From NCBI GenBank assembly GCA_010015805.1, contig ML978125.1, forward strand, positions 2,232,001-2,296,000: a DNA stretch of 64,000 nt, given 5' to 3'. Origin of the DNA: Rhizodiscina lignyota. Taxonomy: Eukaryota. The notes under the pieces were generated by a model, which made no database searches, was not told where the DNA came from, and worked only from the letters and a program-made list of their open reading frames with translations. Positions 48,632 through 60,081 of this stretch are shown here, piece after piece. The position numbers and the translations under genes were made by a program. How positions within the stretch are numbered: the first letter of the stretch is position 1; each line of letters begins with the position of its first letter.

Positions 48632-49107
48632 TTCTTGCAATAATCATCAATGAAACAAATTGAGGGAGACAGCGACTTGTCAGAAGACATAGTCGAAACA
48701 TGCATAATTTCGGCTTGGTTCAAAGCTCTATTCGGGCCTGAGAAGCCGTCTATTGGTCAAAGTCACAAGACTTCATTGATTCATCGCATTCCAGTCTTTC
48801 TAGGAAGATGCCAACAGCAAGCTATTAATCGGACCAGAACTCGAGCAGGGTACTGAACATGAAGTTAATTATTTCGTGTAAATTTTTATCGCTCTCATTC
48901 TAACAAATTTCCTCTTTATTCGTCCTTTCATGTTTACTATCAATCTTTTCAATTTTCTAAAATTAGGCTTTGTTCCCATCCGATAACTTCTTTGTTCGAG
49001 CACTGACGTCTGAAGGACTATGCTCCTCAAGCATCTGCCCAAGACACAAAGGATGGCAACAAAGAACTTCTTAGGCAGAGAGTCAGGTTCATATAGGGAT
49101 TGAGGAG

Positions 49108-50112
49108 TTGCGGCGCAGTCGGTACAGAAGGCTTCAGGACACCCAACGAATCCAGAACACTGGAAGCAACCAAGTACACAGGACCACCAATCATCAATTC
49201 ATACCACCTATAACACGACATCAAGCCACCAGTCATCTACCGGTCAATCACCAATATTTCCACCCGCCGCCACCTCCCCCGGGACCATCTACCGCATGGG
49301 CGCAACAATTCCAAACAGTATTCGGCAGAGGAGGTCAGGGTGTTCCTCATGTGCGCGAAGCCATCCTCAATCACCTATTCGAAGATATCAGTAACCCAGA
49401 CGAATTCGAGATTCGAGCTCTCCATGGTGAGAATCGTAAGACAGTCACGTACTCTGGTCATCTTCCGGGCCGCTGTGTCGTCTGGGGAGGTGTTCCCGAT
49501 GCTGTCAATTCGAGCGGGATAAATTTGCGGCACTTCATGGCCTACAATGACGACATGTACTGGGAGTGCGTGTCCGCCATCGTAAAGGGCAACGTTTTCC
49601 ATTTCGAGACCATGAAGGACGTCTACATGTTCCTCACACACCTTAGGAAACATCCAATGATCTACGGCAATATCCAGCCCGCAGGCCTGCTCCGTCATGT
49701 ATTTGGGCTAACGCTCGAGCAAGGCTGCGACCAATACTGGAGCTGGGCTTTAGACTTGCTGGCGTACTGTCCGAACGTGGAGATACTAAAGCTGAAGAAC
49801 TGTCGCGCCTGCCGCTGGTTGAATTGTCCGTTTGCTATACGCCATAAGTGGGATACACTGAATGCTCGTACTAATACCAGGAACCCGCATCGACGACCGC
49901 CCGTCATTCCACCGCGACCGAATGGGACAATACCGCCGCAACTTGCTACGAACGCAACTGGCCAGCCGACCCGTTATGCACAGCTTTTTATGTGTAGCAT
50001 GCGACATCTCGGAATCAGAGACTGTTGTAACAGGCCAGGGAGATGTAGGTCCAACCTTTATCCTTCACACATTGGTTATTGCTCATTTCATTGTGAATCA
50101 ACGAGGGACTGA
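49108..50112 (+). CDS. Orphan hypothetical protein with Pro-rich linker and Cys-rich C-terminus
   Basis: 334-codon open frame with a globular-looking core, but no ATG near the 5' end and no recognised domain. Confidence 0.4.
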   Translation: MRRSRYRRLQDTQRIQNTGSNQVHRTTNHQFIPPITRHQATSHLPVNHQYFHPPPPPPGPSTAWAQQFQTVFGRGGQGVPHVREAILNHLFEDISNPDEFEIRALHGENRKTVTYSGHLPGRCVVWGGVPDAVNSSGINLRHFMAYNDDMYWECVSAIVKGNVFHFETMKDVYMFLTHLRKHPMIYGNIQPAGLLRHVFGLTLEQGCDQYWSWALDLLAYCPNVEILKLKNCRACRWLNCPFAIRHKWDTLNARTNTRNPHRRPPVIPPRPNGTIPPQLATNATGQPTRYAQLFMCSMRHLGIRDCCNRPGRCRSNLYPSHIGYCSFHCESTRD

Positions 50113-50765
50113 CAGAGATTACTGCAGGGCTCCTTCCTTTTCCATATCAAATACGGCTCGGTGCGGGGAGTGCCGGATTGAAAAGGCTTAATACTTTCCC
50201 GTCGAACATCGCGTACAACAGAATCATTCAACCCCCACCTTGACCGCGCCAGAGCCTCAACATGTGCGTCCAGATGGGTTATGTGGATGAGAGGAACGAC
50301 AGCAACGACAACCTGTCGATGCGTGTTATAAACCTCATCGAGGGGAAGCCGGACGCTCGTATGCCGCCGGCAAAGTACTGTCGTCTGTGCACTCCGTACT
50401 ACACTGCCAATATGACAGCACTGCAAGCGCACGAGACCTCCCTCTTCTCGGCCTTCACTTATAGATCGTATAGAGAGCAACCAATTAGCCACTCACTCTA
50501 CCGAAAGTAGCACAGCTTAGTCGCCGCAACCTTCCACGTTGTCAAATGTTGTCAATATTTCACCCAGGTGACTTTTACTTGCCGCTCAGGCATGGTCATA
50601 AGAAGCAGCAAATAGAACAACACACAAGGAGGAACAGTATCGTACATTCGCCGCTGATGTCCACAAGCTGCTTATTTGCAGCGCGCGTGGCACTTTTTAC
50701 GACTGCTTCCTCCGTTTGTAATCCAGAATGACCGCATACCATAGAGTTAGTTTCCCGCGAGCGAA

Positions 50766-51194
50766 CGGTCTATAGAGCCACTCTGTTATGTCACCTTTCA
50801 GCACTTCTAAGAAGCTTCCGCATGTTGGTAAGTTTATGTTTGAGGTTATCAGGGAGTAGCTTGCTAAACATACCTTAGATAATTTGCTTCTCGTTTTCGC
50901 GGAAAAGAGATATTGCTATCGATCCCGTACACGTACGATAAGTTCAGATCCGAGATCGTCGGGGGATAGCTTATCTAGCCTGCTTCAGGAGATTTGCTTT
51001 TCGTTACTACGGAAAATAGACGAAAGCACAGGTCTCATCCGCTCACGGTAGAGCTATTTACTACAGCTACCTTCAGCACTCCTAAGGAACTCCCATATAT
51101 TAATGAGTTTATGTTCGAAGTTATCCGGGAGTAGCTTACGAGGCCTGCCTTAGAGGATTTGCTTCCCGTTGTTGCAGAAAAGGGATGCTGTTAT
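50766..51194. repeat. Diverged direct repeats: two ~150-bp copies plus a partial internal copy
   Basis: ttcagcact.ctaag.a.ct.cc...tttatgtt.ga.gttatc.gggagtagctt...ccttaga..atttgcttc.cgtt...gc.gaaaag.gat at ~50797 and ~51072; partial copy at ~50962-51019. Confidence 0.8.
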
Positions 51195-51426
51195 GCAATT
51201 TAGGTCTGATTTTATGCTTTCACACCAACAGGTTCGCGAGCAAAGCTGAGGGGACAGGTTTACTGTATTTGTAGACGGGGGTATCAATTTAAAAGCTTTA
51301 ACTGTGAGTGAAATCCATTCCTCTTCCCCAACCCCCTAACCCGCTGCGAATCTCCACTAGCTCACCACACCCGCCCGAGTTCAGTGACTTCGTCGAGCCT
51401 TGCCTGTACGCCGTACAGTGAGCGAT

Positions 51427-51651
51427 TTAGCGATTGCGGATCGGTCCGAGCGGAATGCCTTGGCTCTGCGCGCCCGTGGTTTGCGCGGTCGTGTTTTGGG
51501 GTGACGGAAAGCAACGCCAGACCGCGTACCACATTATCCCAACGATGATGACTGAGCCGATTGCAAGGCCAACAATACATCCTGTACCGCAATGGGCACC
51601 TCCTCCTTGGCTGTGCTGCTGATGACCCTGGGGCATCGTGCCGGTAAGCAT
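51427..51651 (-). CDS. Small (74 aa) single-pass membrane protein
   Basis: ATG at 51651; TM segment CIVGLAIGSVIIVGIMWYAVW followed by RC; minus-strand TATAAA at ~51774-51779. Confidence 0.5.
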   Translation of the reverse strand: MLTGTMPQGHQQHSQGGGAHCGTGCIVGLAIGSVIIVGIMWYAVWRCFPSPQNTTAQTTGAQSQGIPLGPIRNR

Positions 51652-51800
51652 GTTTGATGTTTTCTCACCCAGAGGAATCGTTTGTTTGAGGGAAAATGTT
51701 CTCACAAGATGAGTTCGGCGCTGTGGAGATGGAAGTGTGAAGTTGTTGAAGAGATACAAAGAGATACAAGGAATTTATATACCTCTGAGAAGCTTGCTTA

Positions 51801-51915
51801 TTGTGCTCTGCTCAATAGCACAATCATTCTCTTCACAAAATGAACGGTTGCCTGCCGCAATTATGCTTTGGTCAATAACACAATCATTCACCTCACAACG
51901 TAAATGGTTGCCTGC
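51801..51915. repeat. 60-bp tandem duplication
   Basis: tt.tgct.tg.tcaata.cacaatcattc...tcacaa..t.aa.ggttgcctgc at 51801 and 51861. Confidence 0.85.
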
Positions 51916-52747
51916 TCCGCTCTGGATTTGATCAAGGCACGACAACAGTATGAAACCGAGGGAAAGGATCTTAAAGTGTATATTTGACGTGGTTGTCAAT
52001 GTCCACACTTGATGTGCGGCAAACCTTTCCAGAGCGATGTGGGCGTTCGTAAGGCCGTATCCCAAATTCATGCAGAAGTTTAGGTATCGATGAACTCCAT
52101 ACTCAGCTAGGCATCATTTACATTACCTACATATAACACCGCCTATTGAGCTTTGATTGAAGCCCATGACAAGCTAAAGAGTCTCCATTGATGTGGCTTG
52201 GGCCGGCTCGACAAGGCTCGACAAGCCCGTTGCTACAGAAATGAACCGGATTTCGGGTGACGAATATCCCTTTACCTCCACAATCAAACAAGTAGAACTA
52301 AAACGATTCAAAATGGGGAAAGATGTTAGCCCGAGTGAATGATTAGCATCAGAGTGAGGTTGGACCTTAAGAAAGCTTGTCGTTAATGGACACCGCCCAA
52401 ATTGGATTAGCGCCCAAAGCCACTTCACTTCCATTTGGAATTTTCAAACTTTCCACGAAAAGGCATATCCAGACGCCATGATAGTTCTTTAATTACGTCG
52501 AACCCGCGTTGTGAACATAAAAGTCGACGGGAAAACATTCTGACCAGCTATTGGACCGAAGCCCTATCATAGTCATCACGCTATCGCGCCAGACGCGTGG
52601 CCGTATGTCCGAGTCAGGCTATAGCGTACGAAGGTAAAGCTGCGTCTGACCCGCTTTCCTTTTCGTTAAGGAGGATATCTAGACCATCCTGACATGTTGT
52701 CTTCCTGCTATTACCACTGAGACATCGTTGTTTTGGTATCTCAAAGT

Positions 52748-54343
52748 ATGCTACTACGTTCGGCGCTTACTCCCATGTCCACCGTTTGTCTTATTCTCAC
52801 GCTCGCAGTTCGAGCATTTTCACACGCCCCTGATGCGAATCACATCTTCAATGCAATACACTCTTCCCTAAGACAATTTCCCTCTTCATTAAAACACAAT
52901 GGAATGTCCGTCTTCCTGGCCTCGGTGCCCGCTGGCTCGCCTTTCTATCACGGCGGGTCATCGCCAGATCCCATAACCGGGATGGAGTGGCTGGCGTTTG
53001 AGCCAGAGCATGCGATGATGTTTGCCCGCTTCTTCAGTACTCCACCGTTACCGAGCACGGAGCAGCGACCACTGTTCAGCAGTTCGAGCTTGTTGCGAGG
53101 AGAAGAGCATCCGCTGTTGGCGCTGATGGACGACGAAAAACCACCCGGCCCACCTGGGGGAGGACCCCCTGGCGAACGTCCACCTGGCAAGCGACCGAAA
53201 CGTCCGCGCTCTGAGCCTGGGTGGCTGCACACGTACCGCACAAAACACGACTTACGCTTACTCTACGTGGACGGCATGGGCGCTGGCAAGACTGCCAACG
53301 GCACGTTGGATACACAGGACTACCTCCTGCTCCTGGGCTCCCATGGTTCGCATCCTAAAATGTGGGATATCGAGCGAGGCGAGGCACTCTGTGCTCTTGC
53401 AGATAAAGATTGGAATGGCAAGATTGACGGGTTCCTTCGTATGGAGGCTGGTTTCGAGATTATCTTGTGCGACTTCGAACGGCATCTCGACACCATCTAC
53501 GTGGAGCGCGTGAACGACTACCTCGCGGAAGATGCTCTGGAGCCTGAGAAGGAAGCTCTGGCAGCTGATGTGTGGTTCAACTATTGGCGCGCCATCGTGG
53601 ACCGATTCCACGGATTCCCTCCCGGAAGAGCGAAAGTGTATTACGACGAGTTTGTCACCGCATACGGCCATGGCTTCGACCTCCATAGCGAAGATGAGAG
53701 CAAGCCCAGACTGCTGAACGTCTCTCAGTCCGACCTGGAGTTACTGCGAGCCAATGTGGATGATCTCGTATTCAACAGCGACACCATCTTCTACAATGTC
53801 CATGAGTGGTTCGACTGGCAATCCACCGTCGATTACATCGTCACCCGCTACGCTTCACGCCTCGAGTACCTCACTTCCCCGCGGTATGCAGAGTCGCAGA
53901 AATACCTGCACCACGAGCTCAGGCGCACGCTGAACCCGTTCATCGACAACGACAATCGCGCCATCCCGGCCGAAATCGAGCGCTGCACGTCCCACTTCCT
54001 GCCCAACAATAGCTACCCCCACCCGTTGTCGGCATCCTTCGTCGAGAACGTTATAACGTCCGTCTCGCGCAGCGTCTGTGAGCGCCTCTTCACAGCGCTC
54101 GAATCCTCGGACCCGAAGGGTACTGGCGCTGGCGATCCATACAAGGAGTTGAGAGAGCTGATGGCGTACCTCAATTGGACGGTGTGGAAGGAGTGCGGGC
54201 AGTGTGCCGTAGACGAGCTGTGCGTGGTGCCGGTTTGGCCGTTCGGCGCGCTGGAGGACCATGAACGGCCGAGTTGCCACAATGCGACGGTTGGATTTTC
54301 GCAGCGAGGCTATTGGGGGAATGGGTTTGGGGGTAGGTCGTAG
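52748..54343 (+). CDS. Conserved fungal secreted/membrane protein of the YOR389W/YPL277C-like family
   Basis: N-terminal hydrophobic segment; NHIFNAIHSSLRQ, HNGMS, FYHG, EWLAFEPEHA, LLYVDGMGAGK, DGFLRMEAGFEIILCDF, DWQSTVDYIVTRY, LNWTVWKECGQC..DELC.VP.WP. Confidence 0.7.
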   Translation: MLLRSALTPMSTVCLILTLAVRAFSHAPDANHIFNAIHSSLRQFPSSLKHNGMSVFLASVPAGSPFYHGGSSPDPITGMEWLAFEPEHAMMFARFFSTPPLPSTEQRPLFSSSSLLRGEEHPLLALMDDEKPPGPPGGGPPGERPPGKRPKRPRSEPGWLHTYRTKHDLRLLYVDGMGAGKTANGTLDTQDYLLLLGSHGSHPKMWDIERGEALCALADKDWNGKIDGFLRMEAGFEIILCDFERHLDTIYVERVNDYLAEDALEPEKEALAADVWFNYWRAIVDRFHGFPPGRAKVYYDEFVTAYGHGFDLHSEDESKPRLLNVSQSDLELLRANVDDLVFNSDTIFYNVHEWFDWQSTVDYIVTRYASRLEYLTSPRYAESQKYLHHELRRTLNPFIDNDNRAIPAEIERCTSHFLPNNSYPHPLSASFVENVITSVSRSVCERLFTALESSDPKGTGAGDPYKELRELMAYLNWTVWKECGQCAVDELCVVPVWPFGALEDHERPSCHNATVGFSQRGYWGNGFGGRS

Positions 54344-55215
54344 ATTGTTGGAGTCCGGGAAAGGTTGCCAACAGTCCACGTCGGATTTTGTGGCGACCTC
54401 GGGAGGCTATGAGTGGTTGGTTCGGCGTTTGCGATCTCCTAGAGCGTGAGATGAAATGGTACGGTTAGAATCTGAATGTGATTATGTGTTTTGTACGAAG
54501 AATGACTGTCACTCCCGAAGACTGTGAGATGGTATTAATACAAGTCTTTCAATTCCGCCGTCCGACACCATCTACCTAGCTACTCAAACATGATTTCCGC
54601 TGTGCACCCTCCCACTGCCACCCACGCGTCCCCGGATCTAATCAAAACGGACAAACAGGAAAAAGAGATCTTCTCCATCATGATGGAACCGACCAGCAAT
54701 CCCGTCCCACTGCCACCAACTCGCAAAGGGGGAAAGAAAGAGTCTGATTCTACAAGGTGGTATTTGTGAAAGGAAGAAGGGAAAGGGAGCAATCTCGCTG
54801 CCACAAGCAATCCACCGCAGCAAAACTTTTCTTCTAATGAGAGAAAGCGGCCAAATGACCCGAGGTAAAAGCATGGACAGCATGAAAGAGTGTCGGTCAA
54901 GCATGAATGCTTAACAAACGTAAGGATCGACAGCAGAGCGGCATTGCAGCAGCTCCGTGAAAAGGAGTGACCGGATGTCTGTGGCCCCGTGAACACCACG
55001 AGGCCAGAGATGTGTACGTGCGTCGTGACGATTGAACGCTTATCATCGAAAGTGACACCAAGATTCGCCGAAAACACCGAAGGACATGATGGACAAGAAA
55101 ACGGAGGATAGGACGATGGCTGATATCGTGCGGATGAAGGTATCGAGGAGTGAGCAGGGTAAAGGATGCTGGTGACGACCTTGAGCGTGGAGAAAGAAGC
55201 TCAAGGTGCGAGTGG

Positions 55216-56202
55216 CTAATTGTCACTAGGATTTGCAACCTATGAGAAAGAGTCAGTGGGATTGTGTCTTGAAGATTCTACGCATCCGGTCATCTCACCC
55301 TCAAAATCCTCCTCGAGTAGTCCTGGTTGTCCGCGATACTGCCATCACTCTGCCTCCTGCTCATCATAACCTCCGGATCTAATCGCGAATCGTTCATGCT
55401 TGACGCGCTATTTCCACCGTACACACCCTTGCCGCCACTGACAAACTGCTGCACACTCTGCTTCTGCTGGTACTCCTCCTCTTGCAGTCTTCTCTTTCTT
55501 CGCTTCAAGAACAAGACAACACCTGCGATGAGTGCGATGAGCACGACGACACCGACGACAACACCGGCTGCGATGCCAGCTTTGTTTGTTCCGCCTCCGC
55601 CTCCGCTTGACGCGGTCTTTTGAGGCGCCGCAGTTTGAGAAGGGTCCGGGATGGTCTTGACGACGGTCGAGCCGCCAATTGTGACGACAGAATGCTTAGT
55701 GGCTGCCGATGAGGTGGATATGGAATGAGGATCGAGATTGGCGATTTCATTGCGTGAAAAGCCAGTGAGAATAACCCACCAGTAATCAGCACCACCGCCT
55801 AAATAGTTTGCTGTGTCAGCAATGATTCTTTCACCGAACTGTGCCTCGAAGCAATTGATGGAATGGAGTTCTGAGATAAATATGTTACACGCTTGATAGA
55901 AGTAAACACTTACATGATTCTTTGTCGTATCCAGCGCAACCGGTGCTGCACTTGTCGTCATCAACCTGGGAGTCTTTTGGCGGGAGCAGTGGTCCACAGC
56001 TGCAGTTTGTGCCGCTGGTCAGACCCATCACAGGTTGTTGGAGTTCATAGCAGACTTTCTGGCAGTTGCCACTTGACTGGAACTCGTAGGAGCCGTGGTC
56101 CACAAGCGGCGTCGGAGTTGCGAAGCAGCCGACGGTTGTGCTGGCTTCCATCTTGCCGGTGAAGGTCCCGGAGGATATCTGCGTGCCTTCTGATATCGAC
56201 AT
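55216..56202 (-). CDS. WSC-domain cell-wall integrity sensor (Wsc1/WscA-like)
   Basis: WSC cysteines (VGCF...FQSSGNCQKVC...CSCG...CSTGCAGYDKESC|GG...W), S/T stalk, TM AGIAAGVVVGVVVLIALIAGVVLFL, KRRKRR, and conserved tail SRLDP...SIADNQDYSRRILR|VANP. Confidence 0.88.
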
Positions 56203-57871
56203 GTTGGCGATTTGTGATGTGGTGTTCTACCGCGTTGTATGCGGTAAAGGAGTGGAAGTGGTCTCGTGTCAAGCTCCGGGAGAGCGGAACACTCGGAATG
56301 AAAGGGTTTTCGATCAGAACGAGGCTCAAGAAGTTCGAGTGAACTCTTGCGCGTACTGGTTTTGGTGTATACGTGTGCTGATGAAACGCGTAGTGGTTTA
56401 CAAGGGCATTTGGAGAGCAAAACGCGACTCAAGTGGCCGGTCGGTCGGTCGGGGTGGCCAAAATGTTGTCAAAGACCGCAGACTCGTCAAAGGAGAGGGT
56501 CAACGACGATTGTTCACACCCGTGGACAAAAGACGTCTTTGACGATGGGCCGGTCTTGTTCCGCGGAGGCCGTTAGAGCTTGACTTGGCCGTGGCACCGA
56601 TGTGAAGAGCGGCTCTGGAGTCGTCCCTGGGCCGTAAGGGTGAACGGTCGAGGCAGGCGTGCGTGTGTTGAACGAAGGTGAGAAGGTTCAAAGCTCAAGC
56701 GAAGGTCTTTGATGCTGTCGACAGCAGCGGTGCATAAGGAGCGTGTTGTTCTGAGGGAAGTGAAACGACAGTCGCGGGTCAGGTGTTGGCTTGCGAGCGT
56801 GGTGTCGCGAGTGGAGGTGAAGGTTTGGTGGAAGGGAGCGAGTCTCTGGCTTGGGGCGGCTTGAGAGCAGGCTTGGCTGGGACTAGGGCGCGGGCTTGGG
56901 CGTGAGGGCGGACACTGGACTGACACTGACAGGCTCAAGCAACGGCCGCGTGCCCCTTGCTCGCTTGCATTGCCGCTCATCGCGCTAGGCCGACAAGGGC
57001 AGCCGTTCCTGAACATCGCGTCCAGGAAGGCGCGTATGCCAGGCACCACCGCCGCTGCCAGCGACAACGACCCGCGAGCCTTCACGCGCCATCCACCGCC
57101 GGGCAACACGCCTATCTGCCGCCTCTCCCACCGCCTCGCTGCTCAATCTCCTCGACACTTTTGCTCGTGCCAATCGGCGCAAATTGCTCTTCGCCCTCCC
57201 CCTGCCCACTCTGGAACACGCTCCCCGGCACACGAGCAGGCCTCGCTGTTTCGTGTCAGCCGTCACCTCTTCCGGCTGAACACGTCTGCTGCAAAACAAT
57301 CTCTCGTCTTCGAGGCCGCTGTCATCCTTCATAGCCTCCACTCTTTCGCCCATTTGCAGTACCTACCAGGAGACTGACCCTGCGCACGCAAGGGTGCCGG
57401 ACTTGTTGGGAATGACCTGCTCCACTCTTCTCCGCAAACCTGCCCTTTCCACGTGTACGCGCGCGAAAACGCCGTCCCTGAAGGCTCCCGATCGCGAGAT
57501 TGCATCGAATATGATCTCTTGCAGCGGCGTGAAGCCAGAACGTTTGACCAAGTAGCTTGCCGATCTGTACCTCCTTTGTCCATACTAACGATGGAAGATC
57601 GTCTTTCTCTCCGCATTCCTCTCTCAAACGTGGAGCTGGCGGGTCGCAGCTGACATGTAAATCAATGCTCTCACAACCTCTCACTTGTGGTTCATTGCAG
57701 TGCTGAATTTCGAATATCAAACTTTTCTTGCACTACTACATCTATAATCTCGACAAGCCGGAAAGTTAAGTCGTTCCCAATTTTGTTTGTGATATCAACA
57801 TCGAGTTCTGACCGCGCTCACCAAAGAGCAAAGAGCAAAGTAAGCTGTCGAGTTATGTGGAATTTGGAACT

Positions 57872-58330
57872 CTATTGGCTCCATCTTACTCTTGTGATCT
57901 CGAGTTCCCGTCTCCTCATCATTCTCCATAGTTTCCGGAACGTTTTCATGGTTGTCTCATTAGTGCCGTCCGGCAGCTGCTTATATCCCTTCCTAACCAT
58001 ATCAATGCAATAAAATTGGTCCGTCACAGAGCATCTCAACAGGCTTTTGACAGCATTGCAAAGTGCTAAAACGACTGCACTATCTCTGTCTTCCTCTCTA
58101 TCTTCCAGATGTGCCTCCATTTGGATTGCCGTCAGCAAGACACTAACGTCATCTTGAGCATCTTCTCTAAGGAAACGAAGCGCTTCCTGGAAGAGCTCCC
58201 ATTCATGGTCAAGGAACGAATCGCTAAGGAGACGAAATAGCTCTTTGATCTGATCAAGGATCTGCTGTTCATCAAGCGTGAAGTGAGGTCTGGCAGAACC
58301 GCCCTCTCCGGCTCCAAAGTTGTCCATCAT
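57872..58330 (-). CDS. Small acidic helical hypothetical protein (152 aa)
   Basis: ATG-initiated ORF with amphipathic helical composition and an AT-rich TATA-like element just upstream. Confidence 0.5.
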   Translation of the reverse strand: MMDNFGAGEGGSARPHFTLDEQQILDQIKELFRLLSDSFLDHEWELFQEALRFLREDAQDDVSVLLTAIQMEAHLEDREEDRDSAVVLALCNAVKSLLRCSVTDQFYCIDMVRKGYKQLPDGTNETTMKTFRKLWRMMRRRELEITRVRWSQ

Positions 58331-58505
58331 GTGCGATCTACGATTCTGGGAAGGAGAGTGACGCTTTAATATTCAGAAGGATGCATAGTTTGCTGCAGTT
58401 GTAGAGCAAATATCTAAGTGAGTGTGGGCGAAGAAATGATGCCTTGTGGTAAATATAGCGCTTATCCCAAGCCAGGCCGTCAAACAATTGCAAGGTCGCA
58501 ATTAT

Positions 58506-58916
58506 CTACGGCACAAAAAGTTCCACGACCCCCCTCCAGAAACGCACCACCCTCCGAAGCGCATCTACTGCAACCCGGTTATCTTCATTCGTGGCGGCTT
58601 CCATCAAATCGCAGGCTTCCGTTATCCTGTCCAAATGCCAATTCGCTCCATGGATGCCCCTGTACATGTGATTCATCGCAAATAGCGCGTGCGCATACCC
58701 CCAAAGAGCCAGCGGAGTTCCCGCCTCGCTAAGCAGTTGGTTGCAAAGATTGCGGTTCTGAGTCCAGTCCGCCGCGTAGCAGGCATTTCGAGCTGCTTCA
58801 AGCACTCTGCGGCTGTGGGAAGAAAGAGGCGGGAGGACTGGAGAAATTCTCCGATATGCACCTTCCTCCACGACCCGTAGAGGCATACCACGCCCAAAAC
58901 GTATATCATCACTCAT
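58506..58916 (-). CDS. Small helical (TPR-like) hypothetical protein
   Basis: ATG at 58916, minus-strand TATAAAA at ~58977-58983. Motif CNQLL...PL...LFA...LDRITEACDLME is shared with 59578-60081. Confidence 0.55.
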   Translation of the reverse strand: MSDDIRFGRGMPLRVVEEGAYRRISPVLPPLSSHSRRVLEAARNACYAADWTQNRNLCNQLLSEAGTPLALWGYAHALFAMNHMYRGIHGANWHLDRITEACDLMEAATNEDNRVAVDALRRVVRFWRGVVELFVP

Positions 58917-59577
58917 TGTTGCAATCTTCGATATGAAGGAAGTGGCTTGACCGAAGCACAGGTCGCGACATGGAGCTTTTATACACAATGTCAAGAGCAT
59001 CATGGGTTAAAACGTTGTCCACATGACAGAAAGGCAAGTAGCAAAGAAGGTGTTTGCCATTAATGTATATTGGCATGTCTCATACTCATCCTCTCGGTTT
59101 CCAATGCCCTTCAGAATGCACGCCGCGGCCAAAGCCAAACAACCATTCACGCCGCATGAGCCGTCAAATCCACCGAATGTACTCTCGTCGCTGTATGATC
59201 AGTCCCTTCTGCGTCCGCTCCTCAATTCTCCCTGTCTCATCGTACGGATAATATGAGTACGCTCTTCTTGATCTCCCGTTCCGCTTGCGAATGGATGATG
59301 ACCGAGAGCTACTTTTCGAAGCCATTTGAAAGGATCTGGAGTGTTTGGCCAATTGCGTTGCTGGCAGGTTCGATGCATTGGTTATTGGGTGGCTCATGTG
59401 GTTTCCGCAGACGATGACCTTGTAGGCGGTTCGATGCTTCTGCGAGATTATGGCAGAAAGGAAGCTGTACCTGCTGCGATGGCATATGCATACTTTCAGG
59501 TTAAGGGTGACTTGGTGTTGGTGAGTACTGGTGAGAGTGCTAAATAGTGGACGAAAGAGAGTATCAAAATGCAATCT

Positions 59578-60081
59578 TCACTCATGCGAGGTTTCCCCGA
59601 GAGCTCTCATCTTTACAATATCTTCCTCGATCTCGTCCGCCACATATTCCAACCCGTTTTCCTCCATTTCCTCACATAGCTCTTCCGCTCTCCCCAAAAA
59701 CACGCGTTTCTCCATCATTCCCTTGAGTGGTGGCAGGGTTTTCGGCCATATCTCCGCGAGCATTAGATATGTGCGAGCTCTCAACGGCAAAGGCAGGACA
59801 GAGACGAGAAGCTGCTCGCACGCTTCATGGCTTGGATCGAACGAGTGATGCTCTAACATCCTCCTCGCTCGACGATCAATCTCCTCCAGCTGGACATCTA
59901 GGCCAAGTGTAGCCAATGCATTCTTGTAGACCATCGCAAATGAGTTCTCTCCTTTAGGCGGCTGGTATCGCTCTTCATACTCCCGGATCTTGCGTGCGAT
60001 GTATTCTCGAGATCCGCTCTCCTCGAGCATGCTTCTTGGTCTGCCCAGTGGGGAATTGTAGAAAGTATCTGACAAGGACAT
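59578..60081 (-). CDS. Small helical (TPR-like) hypothetical protein
   Basis: 167-aa ATG ORF with motif CEQLL...PLPL...LMLA...LGRAEELCEEME. Confidence 0.6.
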   Translation of the reverse strand: MSLSDTFYNSPLGRPRSMLEESGSREYIARKIREYEERYQPPKGENSFAMVYKNALATLGLDVQLEEIDRRARRMLEHHSFDPSHEACEQLLVSVLPLPLRARTYLMLAEIWPKTLPPLKGMMEKRVFLGRAEELCEEMEENGLEYVADEIEEDIVKMRALGETSHE

